DNA of 64,000 nucleotides from a virus, in the IMG/VR virus record IMGVR_UViG_3300012953_000015, positions 1-64,000 of that record. One strand, given 5' to 3'. Position numbers and translations under genes: made by a program. How positions within the stretch are numbered: position 1 is the first letter of the stretch; each line of letters begins with the position of its first letter. Under the pieces are notes generated by a model. That model did not search any database, was not told the DNA's origin, and saw only the letters and a list, made by a program, of their open reading frames with translations. Below, piece by piece: positions 46,266 through 55,835 of the stretch.

Positions 46266-46982
46266 ATGGGATTTCTCGATCATAGTACAAATAATATTAT
46301 AGTAGATGCTGTTTTAACAGATTTAGGAAGAAAAAGGTTATCGCAAAATAACGGATCTTTTTCTATTGTCAAATTTGCTTTAGGGGATGATGAAGTTGAT
46401 TATGGGCTTATACAAAAGTTTGGTTTAACGATAGGCAGAGAAAAGATTGAAAAAAATACGCCTATTTTTGAAGCCCAAACTAGTTCTTCCCTTGCTTTAA
46501 AGCACAAACTGCTAAGTTTGTCAAGTCAAGTTCAATCAACTTTACCTATTTTATCCCGCGGAGCATCCGGGCCTGTTTTAATTGCAAATAATAGTAATGG
46601 AGAATTGATAACAGTCGCTCAGACTCCAGGAGGAACAAATTCTTTTATAAGTCCAGAACTTCAAGAAACGGTAGTTATGGTAAGGGCTAGTACTAGGTTT
46701 GTAGAATTATTAAACTCTAACAATAACGTGCTAAACCCTGTTTATGCAACTGAAAGAGATAAAATGGGAATCTATAGGATACCTACTTCTTCAACCGCTT
46801 CGGGACGGTCAGTTACTTTTAAAATTAAACCTAAGGTGTCTTTAAATAATAATACTACTATCTACACTAATTTCGGAGATTCTGAAGGAACAATACACAC
46901 AAATATTACAGTTACAGGTCTTTTGTCTGGTTTTCAATTAAATGTTCCCGTTCAAATGCAAAAGCCAAGACCTGCTAACTGA
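46266..46982 (+). CDS. Putative baseplate or tail-associated structural protein (238 aa)
   Basis: SD GGAG. The N-terminus VDAVLTDLGRKRLSQ...IVKFALGDDEVDY resembles the LT..G...LA...A.GD start of DUF3751/P2 gpH-type baseplate-attachment domains. Confidence 0.6.
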   Translation: MGFLDHSTNNIIVDAVLTDLGRKRLSQNNGSFSIVKFALGDDEVDYGLIQKFGLTIGREKIEKNTPIFEAQTSSSLALKHKLLSLSSQVQSTLPILSRGASGPVLIANNSNGELITVAQTPGGTNSFISPELQETVVMVRASTRFVELLNSNNNVLNPVYATERDKMGIYRIPTSSTASGRSVTFKIKPKVSLNNNTTIYTNFGDSEGTIHTNITVTGLLSGFQLNVPVQMQKPRPAN

Positions 46983-47005
46983 TATTTTAATAAGGAGAAT
47001 TAGCG

Positions 47006-48307
47006 TTGGCTGTTTTTAAATCTTTAATCGGAAACGATATTACACAAACAAGATCAATTTTAAACCAACTAGTTGACATCGTTAGAGAAGACATATCTGG
47101 TTCAAATTCCCGTAAGAGTTATGAAGTTTTCGTCACTTCTTCTGTCGGGCCAGGAGTAACTTCTTCTCTATACCAAACAGTTTTTGATCAAGATTTTAGT
47201 TTGCAAACTGCTAACAGCTTGTTTGATATGACTTTTGGTTTAAGACCAAGTTTGAATTTTTTAACTGATGGTACAGTAGATCCAAAAGTTTTTCTTGGCG
47301 GAGCTGGTATACAAAAAAGAAGGTATAAACCAGAATCCCTCATGCTAAGGGAAAAGCAAGACATATACAGACAGTTTGCTGCAACCCTACTAGGATCTGG
47401 AGAATCAGAATTCGTTGCGCCTTTCGAATCAACTCAAGATGCAAGTAAGATTGATTACGCAGTTTTTATTTCTTTTCACAGACTCTTCGTTAGAGACGGT
47501 ATAAAGAGAGAAACTTTTGCCATGAGGCTAAAACATAGGCTAGGTACTTCTAAAGTAGGAACAAGCTTTCAAGATAATTTGTTTCAAATACAGGGTACTG
47601 AAGAGAGAATATACACTGATTTTGGTTCTACAAATTTCCAGCCTGTAAATGCTGCTGGTAATGTAGGCAATATAGTTAATGCTAATAACACGACTGAAAC
47701 TGTTGGCTTGATTTTTTATGATCATGGTACGGTTGTTTTAAACGCAGCAAAAGTTTTTAATACTACTGATGTTGGTCATGGAATGATATCTGCAATGTCA
47801 AATACTACTAGCCAAGCATCAACAGCTAATAGCGTATACGGAACTACTGGCGTTATTCCGGCTGGCAAGAAACTATTTGGCCCAGAATCAGAATCAGGGG
47901 GTCAACTGGTATTTTCTGAATCTCCTTCAGATGATACTGGAGGTAGGCTATTTCCGTATTTCTTTACTAGCGCTTCTATTGACGATATCTGTGGCCACAT
48001 TGCTTCTACTAGATTTGGAAATGATTCAGGAACAGCAATAACATTTCAGAATAAGACTGAGATAAATTCTCAACTATATTTTATCAGGGCCATGCCAGAC
48101 GAGTTTAATTATTCAACCAACCCATCTTATACTAACGCTAGCGGAAATATTCAAGTTATAAAAGACGATTCTCGCCCGTTTTCTTTTATAACTACTGTAG
48201 GGCTTTATGGAAATTCTGATGAACTACTAGCAGTTGCTAAAACGTCTAGACCTATTGAAAAAAATGATGAAAAAGATCTTACAATTAGGGTTAGGCTAGA
48301 CTTTTAA
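47006..48307 (+). CDS. Putative baseplate wedge-like structural protein (433 aa)
   Basis: TTG start with AAGGAG SD. The C-terminus EFNYSTNPSY...ITTVGLY...ELLAVAKTSRPIEK...IRVRLDF is paralogous to the C-terminus of the next gene. Confidence 0.6.
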   Translation: MAVFKSLIGNDITQTRSILNQLVDIVREDISGSNSRKSYEVFVTSSVGPGVTSSLYQTVFDQDFSLQTANSLFDMTFGLRPSLNFLTDGTVDPKVFLGGAGIQKRRYKPESLMLREKQDIYRQFAATLLGSGESEFVAPFESTQDASKIDYAVFISFHRLFVRDGIKRETFAMRLKHRLGTSKVGTSFQDNLFQIQGTEERIYTDFGSTNFQPVNAAGNVGNIVNANNTTETVGLIFYDHGTVVLNAAKVFNTTDVGHGMISAMSNTTSQASTANSVYGTTGVIPAGKKLFGPESESGGQLVFSESPSDDTGGRLFPYFFTSASIDDICGHIASTRFGNDSGTAITFQNKTEINSQLYFIRAMPDEFNYSTNPSYTNASGNIQVIKDDSRPFSFITTVGLYGNSDELLAVAKTSRPIEKNDEKDLTIRVRLDF

Positions 48308-48321
48308 ATAGGGGAATTTAA

Positions 48322-50886
48322 ATGGCACTTATTCCTTTATTTCCAAGCGATTTTTTCTTTAAATCTATAAAAGTCCACCCAACTCAGCAATTTGTTTCTT
48401 CTTCTGCTGGCGTGACTGGTGATGTTTATCTTTTTGCCGAAAGAAGTAAAGCGATTAGAGATATCTCTAATGATCTTAAAGAATATCATTTTGATTGCTT
48501 ATCTGCTATTGAGTATGATTTCTCTACTGGTTTTAGAGGCTTAGCAGACGAAATAGCAGACACTAGAAGAAATAATATAAGCGATATAGTTTCTAACTAC
48601 ATAAGTAAAGTAAGCGAATTATCCGAGAGTCTAGATTTAAGTAAAAAGTTGATAACTTATCGATTCGATATACCACATAGGTTTAATGATAACTCAATCA
48701 GAAAATCTGTTTTTATTAAAAATTTATTGCCTTATTACCAAAATCATTACGATTATCCTTTAAATTTTGGTTTTACAAATTATCATACTTTAAATTTTTT
48801 CACATCATCAGCTCGTTATCCCTCTAACGTTCCTTCAAATTCTGCTTTAGTTTATCCAACTTCTGTAACTGTAGACTCTAAACCAGCGCGATACTATCCA
48901 TCTGGATCTTTTACTTTTGAGTTTTTTATAAATCCTAGATATACTACTGATACTTCTTCTGATGAATATACACCTGGAACTATTATGCACATGCCGAACT
49001 CATATTGCATATCATTACTTTCGGGTTCAGGAAAAGATGAATTTAATCGACCAAACACTTTTAGGCTAGCTCTTCAACTAAAAGACGCGGCTCAGAAAAA
49101 ACCTAGCCAATTAGTAAACCCTCCTAATGCATTGGCTTCTGGGAGCTTAAGCGATAGAATTTATATATCTGAAGATAATCACCTTACTTTAAACAATTGG
49201 AGTCACTGTGCTATTAGGTGGGGAGGTGAGTCGTTTAATAATTCTACTGGAAGTTTTTTCATAAATGGCAATAATGCTGGAGATATTGTAATTAGCGATT
49301 TAAACGCTTTGCATGCAAACTTTTCAAATTTAAATGATATTCCTGGTGGTTTAGTTGTTGGTAATTGGTATGAATCTTCTAACAGTACTTATAATCATAC
49401 AGGCGGTAGCTTAAGCTCAGCCGGTAGAGCGCAAAGAATTAATTTCATGTTTGATAAGTCCGCTAGCGAAAAATATGGTACTGAATCAATACTTAGCGGA
49501 AGTTCTGATGATACTGTTGAACATAATTTCTCTTTTCCTCTAAACGCGGAACTACAAGAATTGAAGATTTTTTCTAGATGCTTGAATAATTTTGAACTAA
49601 ATTCTTCTAGAAATAATGGATATTACAATTTTGACGATGATAGTTTTCTTTTTTATGTTCCTCCTTATTTTGTTCCATCAAGTTCTAACAGGAACATGTT
49701 AAAGACCGTTACACAAACTATAATATCTAGTAGCCACACCCCTTTTAATACTGATCTTTCTTTCGGGCAAGGAGCTAGATCAATAAACTTAGAAAATTTT
49801 GTTTTAAATTTAGTAAATGGAAGTCAACCAAGGTGTTTCAATTTAGAAGAATCTGTTTCTCCTGCCGGTGGCGATCCAGAAGACTTTGATGCGACTGATT
49901 TTGACTTCATGCCGGCAACTGATGCAATTTACCGCTTGCCTCAAAACAGGAAAAGAAATTTAACTATCCTCCCAAGTGATTTGGGTACTTTAAACCCAAG
50001 TTTTTCTTTTTTAGATAATCAAGTTAGGGAAATTACTTCTGGAAGTTCCGACGCTTTTTTCACCAATGATGCAGGTTTTAAGTTTGATGGTAATGTTAAT
50101 CTTCTGAATATGGTTTCTATAGACGAGACTCACGAAGAATTATCTTTTCTGGAAGATGAAGATAGAAACCCTGATAATATTGCTAATGCTTTATTACCCG
50201 ATCCGGATGTTGCTGTCTTTTTTACCAGCGAAGTTGACGAAAATGGGATGAATATTCCAACTGGAATAACGCGAAACTATAGTGATGTTTATGGAGACCA
50301 ATCTAATCGTATAGATTTAACGATATTGCACAGAACAAAAGATACTAATTCTAATGAAATTACTTTTTTTGATATATCTAACATGTTTTATGGTGATCTT
50401 ATAAAACCATCTTCTTTTAAAATACACGATCCAGAAGTCAGTGGATCTGCTGGAAAAATCAAACTAACATTCAAAGATAATGGTAATGGAAGTCTTTATC
50501 GCTGTGATTCAACAGGCAGTCACCCAACATGGTCTAGCGTAGGTAAAATACTTTACGAAGAGGGCTTAGTATCTATTTTAGATCCAACTATTCCTCCCTA
50601 TGGCAAAAAGTCATTTGATGTAAGCTTTTCAGGGGATAGAAACATTCACATTCTAGAAATGAGAGTACCTATATCTGCAGAAGAAGCTTTAAGCTCTTCT
50701 AATCCAACTTTTTCTAGATTGAAACCAACAGATTTGCCAAGTGATGAAGGCCTTTCATGCAATATGATTACTAACATGAATATTCACGATGAAAATTTAA
50801 ATGTTATTGGTAAAATTAATTTGTCTAGACCGATCGTAAGAAAAGAAAACGATAAGTACGTATTTAAGTTTAAGATTGATTATTAA
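48322..50886 (+). CDS. Putative baseplate structural protein with a LamG-like domain (854 aa), paralogue of 47006
   Basis: SFTFEFFINP...NWSHCAIRW...FFING...ELQELKIFSRCL is LamG-like. The C-terminus SSNPTF...ITNMNIHDENLNVIGKINLSRPIVRK...FKFKIDY matches that of 47006. Confidence 0.6.
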   Translation: MALIPLFPSDFFFKSIKVHPTQQFVSSSAGVTGDVYLFAERSKAIRDISNDLKEYHFDCLSAIEYDFSTGFRGLADEIADTRRNNISDIVSNYISKVSELSESLDLSKKLITYRFDIPHRFNDNSIRKSVFIKNLLPYYQNHYDYPLNFGFTNYHTLNFFTSSARYPSNVPSNSALVYPTSVTVDSKPARYYPSGSFTFEFFINPRYTTDTSSDEYTPGTIMHMPNSYCISLLSGSGKDEFNRPNTFRLALQLKDAAQKKPSQLVNPPNALASGSLSDRIYISEDNHLTLNNWSHCAIRWGGESFNNSTGSFFINGNNAGDIVISDLNALHANFSNLNDIPGGLVVGNWYESSNSTYNHTGGSLSSAGRAQRINFMFDKSASEKYGTESILSGSSDDTVEHNFSFPLNAELQELKIFSRCLNNFELNSSRNNGYYNFDDDSFLFYVPPYFVPSSSNRNMLKTVTQTIISSSHTPFNTDLSFGQGARSINLENFVLNLVNGSQPRCFNLEESVSPAGGDPEDFDATDFDFMPATDAIYRLPQNRKRNLTILPSDLGTLNPSFSFLDNQVREITSGSSDAFFTNDAGFKFDGNVNLLNMVSIDETHEELSFLEDEDRNPDNIANALLPDPDVAVFFTSEVDENGMNIPTGITRNYSDVYGDQSNRIDLTILHRTKDTNSNEITFFDISNMFYGDLIKPSSFKIHDPEVSGSAGKIKLTFKDNGNGSLYRCDSTGSHPTWSSVGKILYEEGLVSILDPTIPPYGKKSFDVSFSGDRNIHILEMRVPISAEEALSSSNPTFSRLKPTDLPSDEGLSCNMITNMNIHDENLNVIGKINLSRPIVRKENDKYVFKFKIDY

Positions 50887-50901
50887 TTTATATAATTCAT
50901 C

Positions 50902-51429
50902 ATGAAGTTAGGATTAGATATATCTACATCAACGGTAGGTTTTTGTGTTTTACGCGGTGATGACATTGAAGACATCGGGGCTATTGAACTTTCAAAATTA
51001 AAATCTATTTTTGAAAAAGCTCAAGAGTTTAGAAAAAGAATCAAAGAAATAAAAAAAACGCATAAGATAAAAGGTATCTTTATAGAAGAAAATCTACAAG
51101 CTTTTCGCCCGGGCCTTTCAAGCGCAAAAACTATAGTTACTTTGGCAAGGTTTAATGGGATGTGCTCTCTAATAGTCTCAGACATTTTTGAAATGGATCC
51201 TGTCTTTGTAAATGTTAATTCGGCTAGAAAACTAGTTGGCTTCAAAAAACAAAAAAATGGAAAAAATACTAAGGACCAAGTTTTTGATTTTGTTAAAAAT
51301 ATAGAGAAAAATGTATATTGGCCAACTAAGGTAATGACAAGAGGCCCTAGAAAAGGTACTGAAGTTTTTGAGAATTTTTGTTATGATATGGCAGATGCTT
51401 ATGTTATTGTAAAAAGCCAAGCCATGTAG
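50902..51429 (+). CDS. ruvC: RuvC-like Holliday junction resolvase
   Basis: N-terminal LGLDISTSTVG (catalytic D), IFIEE (E) and C-terminal DMADA (D..D) fit the RNase H-fold RuvC pattern; 175 aa. Confidence 0.85.
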   Translation: MKLGLDISTSTVGFCVLRGDDIEDIGAIELSKLKSIFEKAQEFRKRIKEIKKTHKIKGIFIEENLQAFRPGLSSAKTIVTLARFNGMCSLIVSDIFEMDPVFVNVNSARKLVGFKKQKNGKNTKDQVFDFVKNIEKNVYWPTKVMTRGPRKGTEVFENFCYDMADAYVIVKSQAM

Positions 51430-51436
51430 GTAAAAA

Positions 51437-52402
51437 TTGTCGATCGCAGAAAAAACTAATTTTTTGAAGCGTTGTTTTAAGGTTGCTAATTTAACTTCGG
51501 ATAAGATAAACGCTGAAGTTCAATGTCCCAATAAATCTTGTAAAACACACGGAACAGGAAAACTTAAATTAATAATAAAGCTAGATACTCAACAATATAA
51601 TTGCTGGGTGTGTGGTACCTCCGGGGTTGGAGTCGCAAAACTAGTTAAAAAGTATTCTTCTTTTTATTATCAAGAATGTCAAAGGTTATTCAAAAGTAAG
51701 GAAAAACTAGACAATATTCAAATAGAAGATAAAACTGAAGAAATATCTTTACCGGATAATTTTATATTACTTGCAGAATCCATGAAATCTTACGATCCAG
51801 ATATTAAAGCTGCTATATCTTATGCAAAAAAAAGAGGCTTAGATGAAAAAAAAATTTGGTACTTTAAGATAGGCGCAACGACTTCTGGAAGATTAAAAAA
51901 AAGAATTATCCTACCCTCTTTTGATGCTGAAGGAAATCTGAATTATTACGTTGCTCGTTCTATCTTTGATAATAAGTTCAAGTATATAAACGCTAAAGTT
52001 CCTAAGAAAAATGTTATTTTTAATGAAATCAATATCGATTGGAAAAAAGAATTAACTTTAGTAGAAGGACCTTTTGATCTAATTAAATCTAACGATAATT
52101 CAACGTGCTTATTAGGTTGTTCTTTAAAAGAAGATCAAGATTTATTTAAGAAGATAGTAAAAAACAACACAGACGTTTGCTTAGCTTTAGATCCTGATGT
52201 AATAGATAAATCTTATAAAATAGCTGATCTTCTTCTTTCTTACGGGATAAACGTTCGTATACTAGATTGCAGTGGTTACGAAGACGTCGGCGAAATGGAA
52301 GATGATATATTTAAAAAAAGGTTAGCAAGCGCGAGAAATTTTGCTAGGGATGATCGGCTTTTAAATTTAATATCATCGATAAAGTCGGGGTCGATGATTT
52401 GA
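51437..52402 (+). CDS. dnaG: DNA primase (Zn-binding domain plus TOPRIM; DnaG/T4 gp61-like)
   Basis: CPNKSC...YNCWVC zinc-binding domain, RIILPSFD...YYVAR...KYIN, TOPRIM LVEGPFD and LALDPD, and DVGE. Confidence 0.85.
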   Translation: MSIAEKTNFLKRCFKVANLTSDKINAEVQCPNKSCKTHGTGKLKLIIKLDTQQYNCWVCGTSGVGVAKLVKKYSSFYYQECQRLFKSKEKLDNIQIEDKTEEISLPDNFILLAESMKSYDPDIKAAISYAKKRGLDEKKIWYFKIGATTSGRLKKRIILPSFDAEGNLNYYVARSIFDNKFKYINAKVPKKNVIFNEINIDWKKELTLVEGPFDLIKSNDNSTCLLGCSLKEDQDLFKKIVKNNTDVCLALDPDVIDKSYKIADLLLSYGINVRILDCSGYEDVGEMEDDIFKKRLASARNFARDDRLLNLISSIKSGSMI

Positions 52403-52411
52403 GGTTAACAT

Positions 52412-55400
52412 ATGGGATTTAGGTGCGCTCATTTTGCTGATATTCACTTTAGAGGATTGACGAGGCATGAAGAGTATAAAGAAGTTTTTTCTAGAATATT
52501 TTTAGAATTAAAAGAAAAGAATTTAGACGCCATTTATATTGGTGGAGACATAGTTCACTCAAAGACACAGGGCATATCCCCAGAGTTGATTGACGTTTTA
52601 GTTTGGTGGTTCAAAGGACTCGCCGAGATAGCTCCACTACACGTCATTCTAGGCAACCACGATGGTTTGATTTTGAACAAAGATCGGCAGGACGCTATAA
52701 CGCCTATAATAGAAGCTATTAATAGCGATAGAATATTTCTCTACAAAGACTCTGGTACCTACGATTTAGAAGATCACGGGATAAGTTGGTGTGTATTTTC
52801 ATGCTTTGATGAAAGTCGTTGGGAGTCAGTTAAACCTAATCCTAAAAATATCAACATAGCTCTTTTTCATGGACCGGTCCAAGGTTCGAAAGTTGATAGT
52901 GACTGGGAAATAGACGAAAACGAACAAATAAACGTAAATTATTTTAAAGATTTTGACTTTGCTTTCTTAGGAGACATTCATAGATCACAATTTTTAGATA
53001 AAGAAAAAAGAATTGCTTATTGTGGTTCTACTATACAGCAAAATTACGGGGAAGATTTAGAAAAAGGTTACATGGTATGGGATATAGAGAGTAAAGATAT
53101 TTTTTCTACCGAATTTATATCAGTGCATAATAAAAAGTCCTTTTATACAATATCCTGGGAAGATAACATCCAAAAGACTTTAGAAAAAGTAGAAATTACC
53201 ATGACCGGAGGTAGGTTTAGGGTAAGATCAAATAAATCAATCCCACAGGCTGAAATTAAGCAGCTTTTTAATGAATTGAGAGAAGTATATAAAGCAACAG
53301 AAATTGTTTTCAAGTGGGACATTGAAGAAAAAAATGATGAAAAAATACAAATAGGAAATACCTCCATAGAAGAAGGAGATCTTTCTAATTCTAATACTCA
53401 CATTAAGCTTATGAATGAGTATACTAAAACTTTTGTTCTCAATGATGATGAAAGAAACATATTAGAAGACATAACAAAAAAGATTTCTTCTGAAGCTGTT
53501 AAAAATGTAAGCAAAAAGAACGTAAAATGGTCAATTAAAAAACTTAAGTTTAACAATACTTTTGGCTATGGAAGCAACAACGTGATTGATTTTGATAAGC
53601 TGAATGGAATCACAGGCATTTTTGGTAAGAATAGGACAGGAAAATCTTCTATACCGGGAACTATAATGTATGGTTTATATAATACAACAGACAGGGGTTC
53701 TATCAAAAATTTGCATATTATAAATTCTAGGAAAGGTTTTTGTAATGTTGAAATTGATATGAATATCAATGGTAAACCATACCGAGTAGAAAGGCAATCA
53801 GTAAAACACACTACTAAATCTGGAATTACTAATGCTTCTACTAGTTTAAATTTATGGAAACTTGATGTCCTAGGGCAAACAGTAGAAGATTTAAGCGGAG
53901 AACAAAGAAGAGAGACAGAGAAAGATCTTAAAAACTTAGTAGGAAATCCGGATGATTTTTTGTTGACATCTTTAGCTAGTCAAGGAGGAATGAACAATTT
54001 TATTCGCAATGGAGCAACAGTTAGAAAAGCTATTTTAACAAAGTTTCTAGACTTAGGTGTTTTTGATAAAATGTTGAATGTTGCAAAATCAGAGTTTTCA
54101 GAATTAAGGGGTTTAATGAAAAGCGCTCCAGACAGAGATTGGTCGACCTTGATAAGAACTCGCAGGATAGAACTTGAATCTCTTACTGAAGAAAGAAAAG
54201 AAGTTGAACAGCAGACTCAAATCATAAGAGATGAAATCCATGGAACTAGCTTATTATTAGCTACTCATGAAAATTCTGAATCTTTTACTGAAGAAGAGAT
54301 AAATTATCAACAAGAAAAAATTGAATCGCTTAAGTTTAAAAATGTAAAATGTAAAGAAGAAATAAAAAAGCACCTAAGTGAAGTTTCTGATATAGAATCT
54401 AAGCTTGCCAAGATATCACATATAAAGTCTCAATTTCCAATACAAGAACTAAAAGAAAAGCTAAATCAACAAAGAGAAATAGAAAATAGCTTACAATCTA
54501 TAGAGCACGATTTAGATAAAGAAAAGACTTTACTCAAAAATCAAAAAAAGTGTGCTAGCACTTTAGAAGTAGTTCCTTGCGGAGATTTATACCCTAAATG
54601 CAAGTTTATAAAAGATAGTCATTTAGCAAAAAACAAAATTCCAGAACAAAAGAATAAAGTTGATGAGATAAAACAAAATTTTAATGTAATTAAGAAAAAT
54701 CTTAAAAGTATCTTGAATGAATCTTTGGAAGATAAAATTAGCAAGTATGAAGAATTTCTTAAAAAAGAGTCAGAATACAAATTAGAAAAAAGCAGAATAA
54801 TAGTTCAGTTAAGAGAATTTGAGACTCAAGACACAAAAATAGCTAATAGTGTATCTGAAGAGTTGAAGAAATTATCAAAAATGAAATTAAATGCGTCTCA
54901 AACTACTGAATCGATTGAAGTAGCTAGGTTGAGAAAACATTTGAAAAACATTCAAGATAAAGCTAGGTTTTTAGATGCAGAAAAACTCAGTGCTAGCGAA
55001 AAGATTGGCTTACTCCAGCAACAACTAACTGATTTTGAAGTGGAAAAAGTAAAATATTCAGAGTTGAAAAAGAAATGGAATGCTTATAACGCTTTCTTAC
55101 AAGCTGTTGATAAAAAAGGTATTCCTTTAAAAATAATGAGCATTAAATTACCTCAGATTAACAAAGAGATTGAAAAGATACTTCACGGAGTTGTAGAATT
55201 TACCGTCGAAATTCAAGCAGAATCAAGCTCAAATTCTCTAGATGTTTTTATAAATTATGGAGACTCTAAGAGGATAATAGAATGCGCATCTGGTATGGAG
55301 AAAATGCTAGCTTCTTTAGCTATTAGGGTAGCGTTAATAAATGTTTCTAATCTTCCAAAATCTGATATGATTATAATAGATGAAGGCTTTGGAACTCTAG

Positions 55401-55561
55401 ACGCAGCTAATGTAGAAGCTTGCAATCGGCTTTTAGTTTCGTTAAAGAGGTGGTTCAGACACATATTTATAATATCCCATATCGATGCTGTCAAAGATAC
55501 AGTAGACAATGTTTTAGACATTAGAAAGAAAGGAAAAAATTCTTTAATTGTTTATGAGTGA
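52412..55561 (+). CDS. sbcCD: Fused SbcD/Mre11 nuclease and SbcC/Rad50 ATPase (gp47-gp46-like recombination exonuclease)
   Basis: N-terminal phosphoesterase motifs ADIH, GGDIVH, GNHD, FHG and LGDIH. These are followed by Walker A GKNRTGKSS, Q-loop ASQG, a coiled coil with PCGDLYPKC at its centre, signature ASGME, Walker B/D-loop IIDEGFGTLD and H-loop IISH. Confidence 0.92.
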   Translation: MGFRCAHFADIHFRGLTRHEEYKEVFSRIFLELKEKNLDAIYIGGDIVHSKTQGISPELIDVLVWWFKGLAEIAPLHVILGNHDGLILNKDRQDAITPIIEAINSDRIFLYKDSGTYDLEDHGISWCVFSCFDESRWESVKPNPKNINIALFHGPVQGSKVDSDWEIDENEQINVNYFKDFDFAFLGDIHRSQFLDKEKRIAYCGSTIQQNYGEDLEKGYMVWDIESKDIFSTEFISVHNKKSFYTISWEDNIQKTLEKVEITMTGGRFRVRSNKSIPQAEIKQLFNELREVYKATEIVFKWDIEEKNDEKIQIGNTSIEEGDLSNSNTHIKLMNEYTKTFVLNDDERNILEDITKKISSEAVKNVSKKNVKWSIKKLKFNNTFGYGSNNVIDFDKLNGITGIFGKNRTGKSSIPGTIMYGLYNTTDRGSIKNLHIINSRKGFCNVEIDMNINGKPYRVERQSVKHTTKSGITNASTSLNLWKLDVLGQTVEDLSGEQRRETEKDLKNLVGNPDDFLLTSLASQGGMNNFIRNGATVRKAILTKFLDLGVFDKMLNVAKSEFSELRGLMKSAPDRDWSTLIRTRRIELESLTEERKEVEQQTQIIRDEIHGTSLLLATHENSESFTEEEINYQQEKIESLKFKNVKCKEEIKKHLSEVSDIESKLAKISHIKSQFPIQELKEKLNQQREIENSLQSIEHDLDKEKTLLKNQKKCASTLEVVPCGDLYPKCKFIKDSHLAKNKIPEQKNKVDEIKQNFNVIKKNLKSILNESLEDKISKYEEFLKKESEYKLEKSRIIVQLREFETQDTKIANSVSEELKKLSKMKLNASQTTESIEVARLRKHLKNIQDKARFLDAEKLSASEKIGLLQQQLTDFEVEKVKYSELKKKWNAYNAFLQAVDKKGIPLKIMSIKLPQINKEIEKILHGVVEFTVEIQAESSSNSLDVFINYGDSKRIIECASGMEKMLASLAIRVALINVSNLPKSDMIIIDEGFGTLDAANVEACNRLLVSLKRWFRHIFIISHIDAVKDTVDNVLDIRKKGKNSLIVYE

Positions 55562-55835
55562 ATTTATTGATATTTATATAAACGAGAGAAAAAAATCGAC
55601 TCCTCATGCATGTAATATATGTGGTGGAATCTTACAATCTCTAGAAGATACAATTTCTGCTCATACCCATGGGGGTTGCGTAGATTGCTATGTTAGTTTT
55701 TTAGAACCGGGTATTGGATTAAATGGCAAAGATTGGAAGCCAACAAAGAAAGAAATAAAAACCTGGTTAGAAAAGAAAGAATTATATTTTAAGCCAAGAT
55801 ATCGCTTTTTAGGAGGGAAAAATGTTGAAAGATGA
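55548..55835 (+). CDS. Small zinc-finger-like protein
   Basis: CNIC...CVDC pair of CxxC motifs. It overlaps both neighbours, and the start may be 55554. Confidence 0.6.
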   Translation: MFMSEFIDIYINERKKSTPHACNICGGILQSLEDTISAHTHGGCVDCYVSFLEPGIGLNGKDWKPTKKEIKTWLEKKELYFKPRYRFLGGKNVER

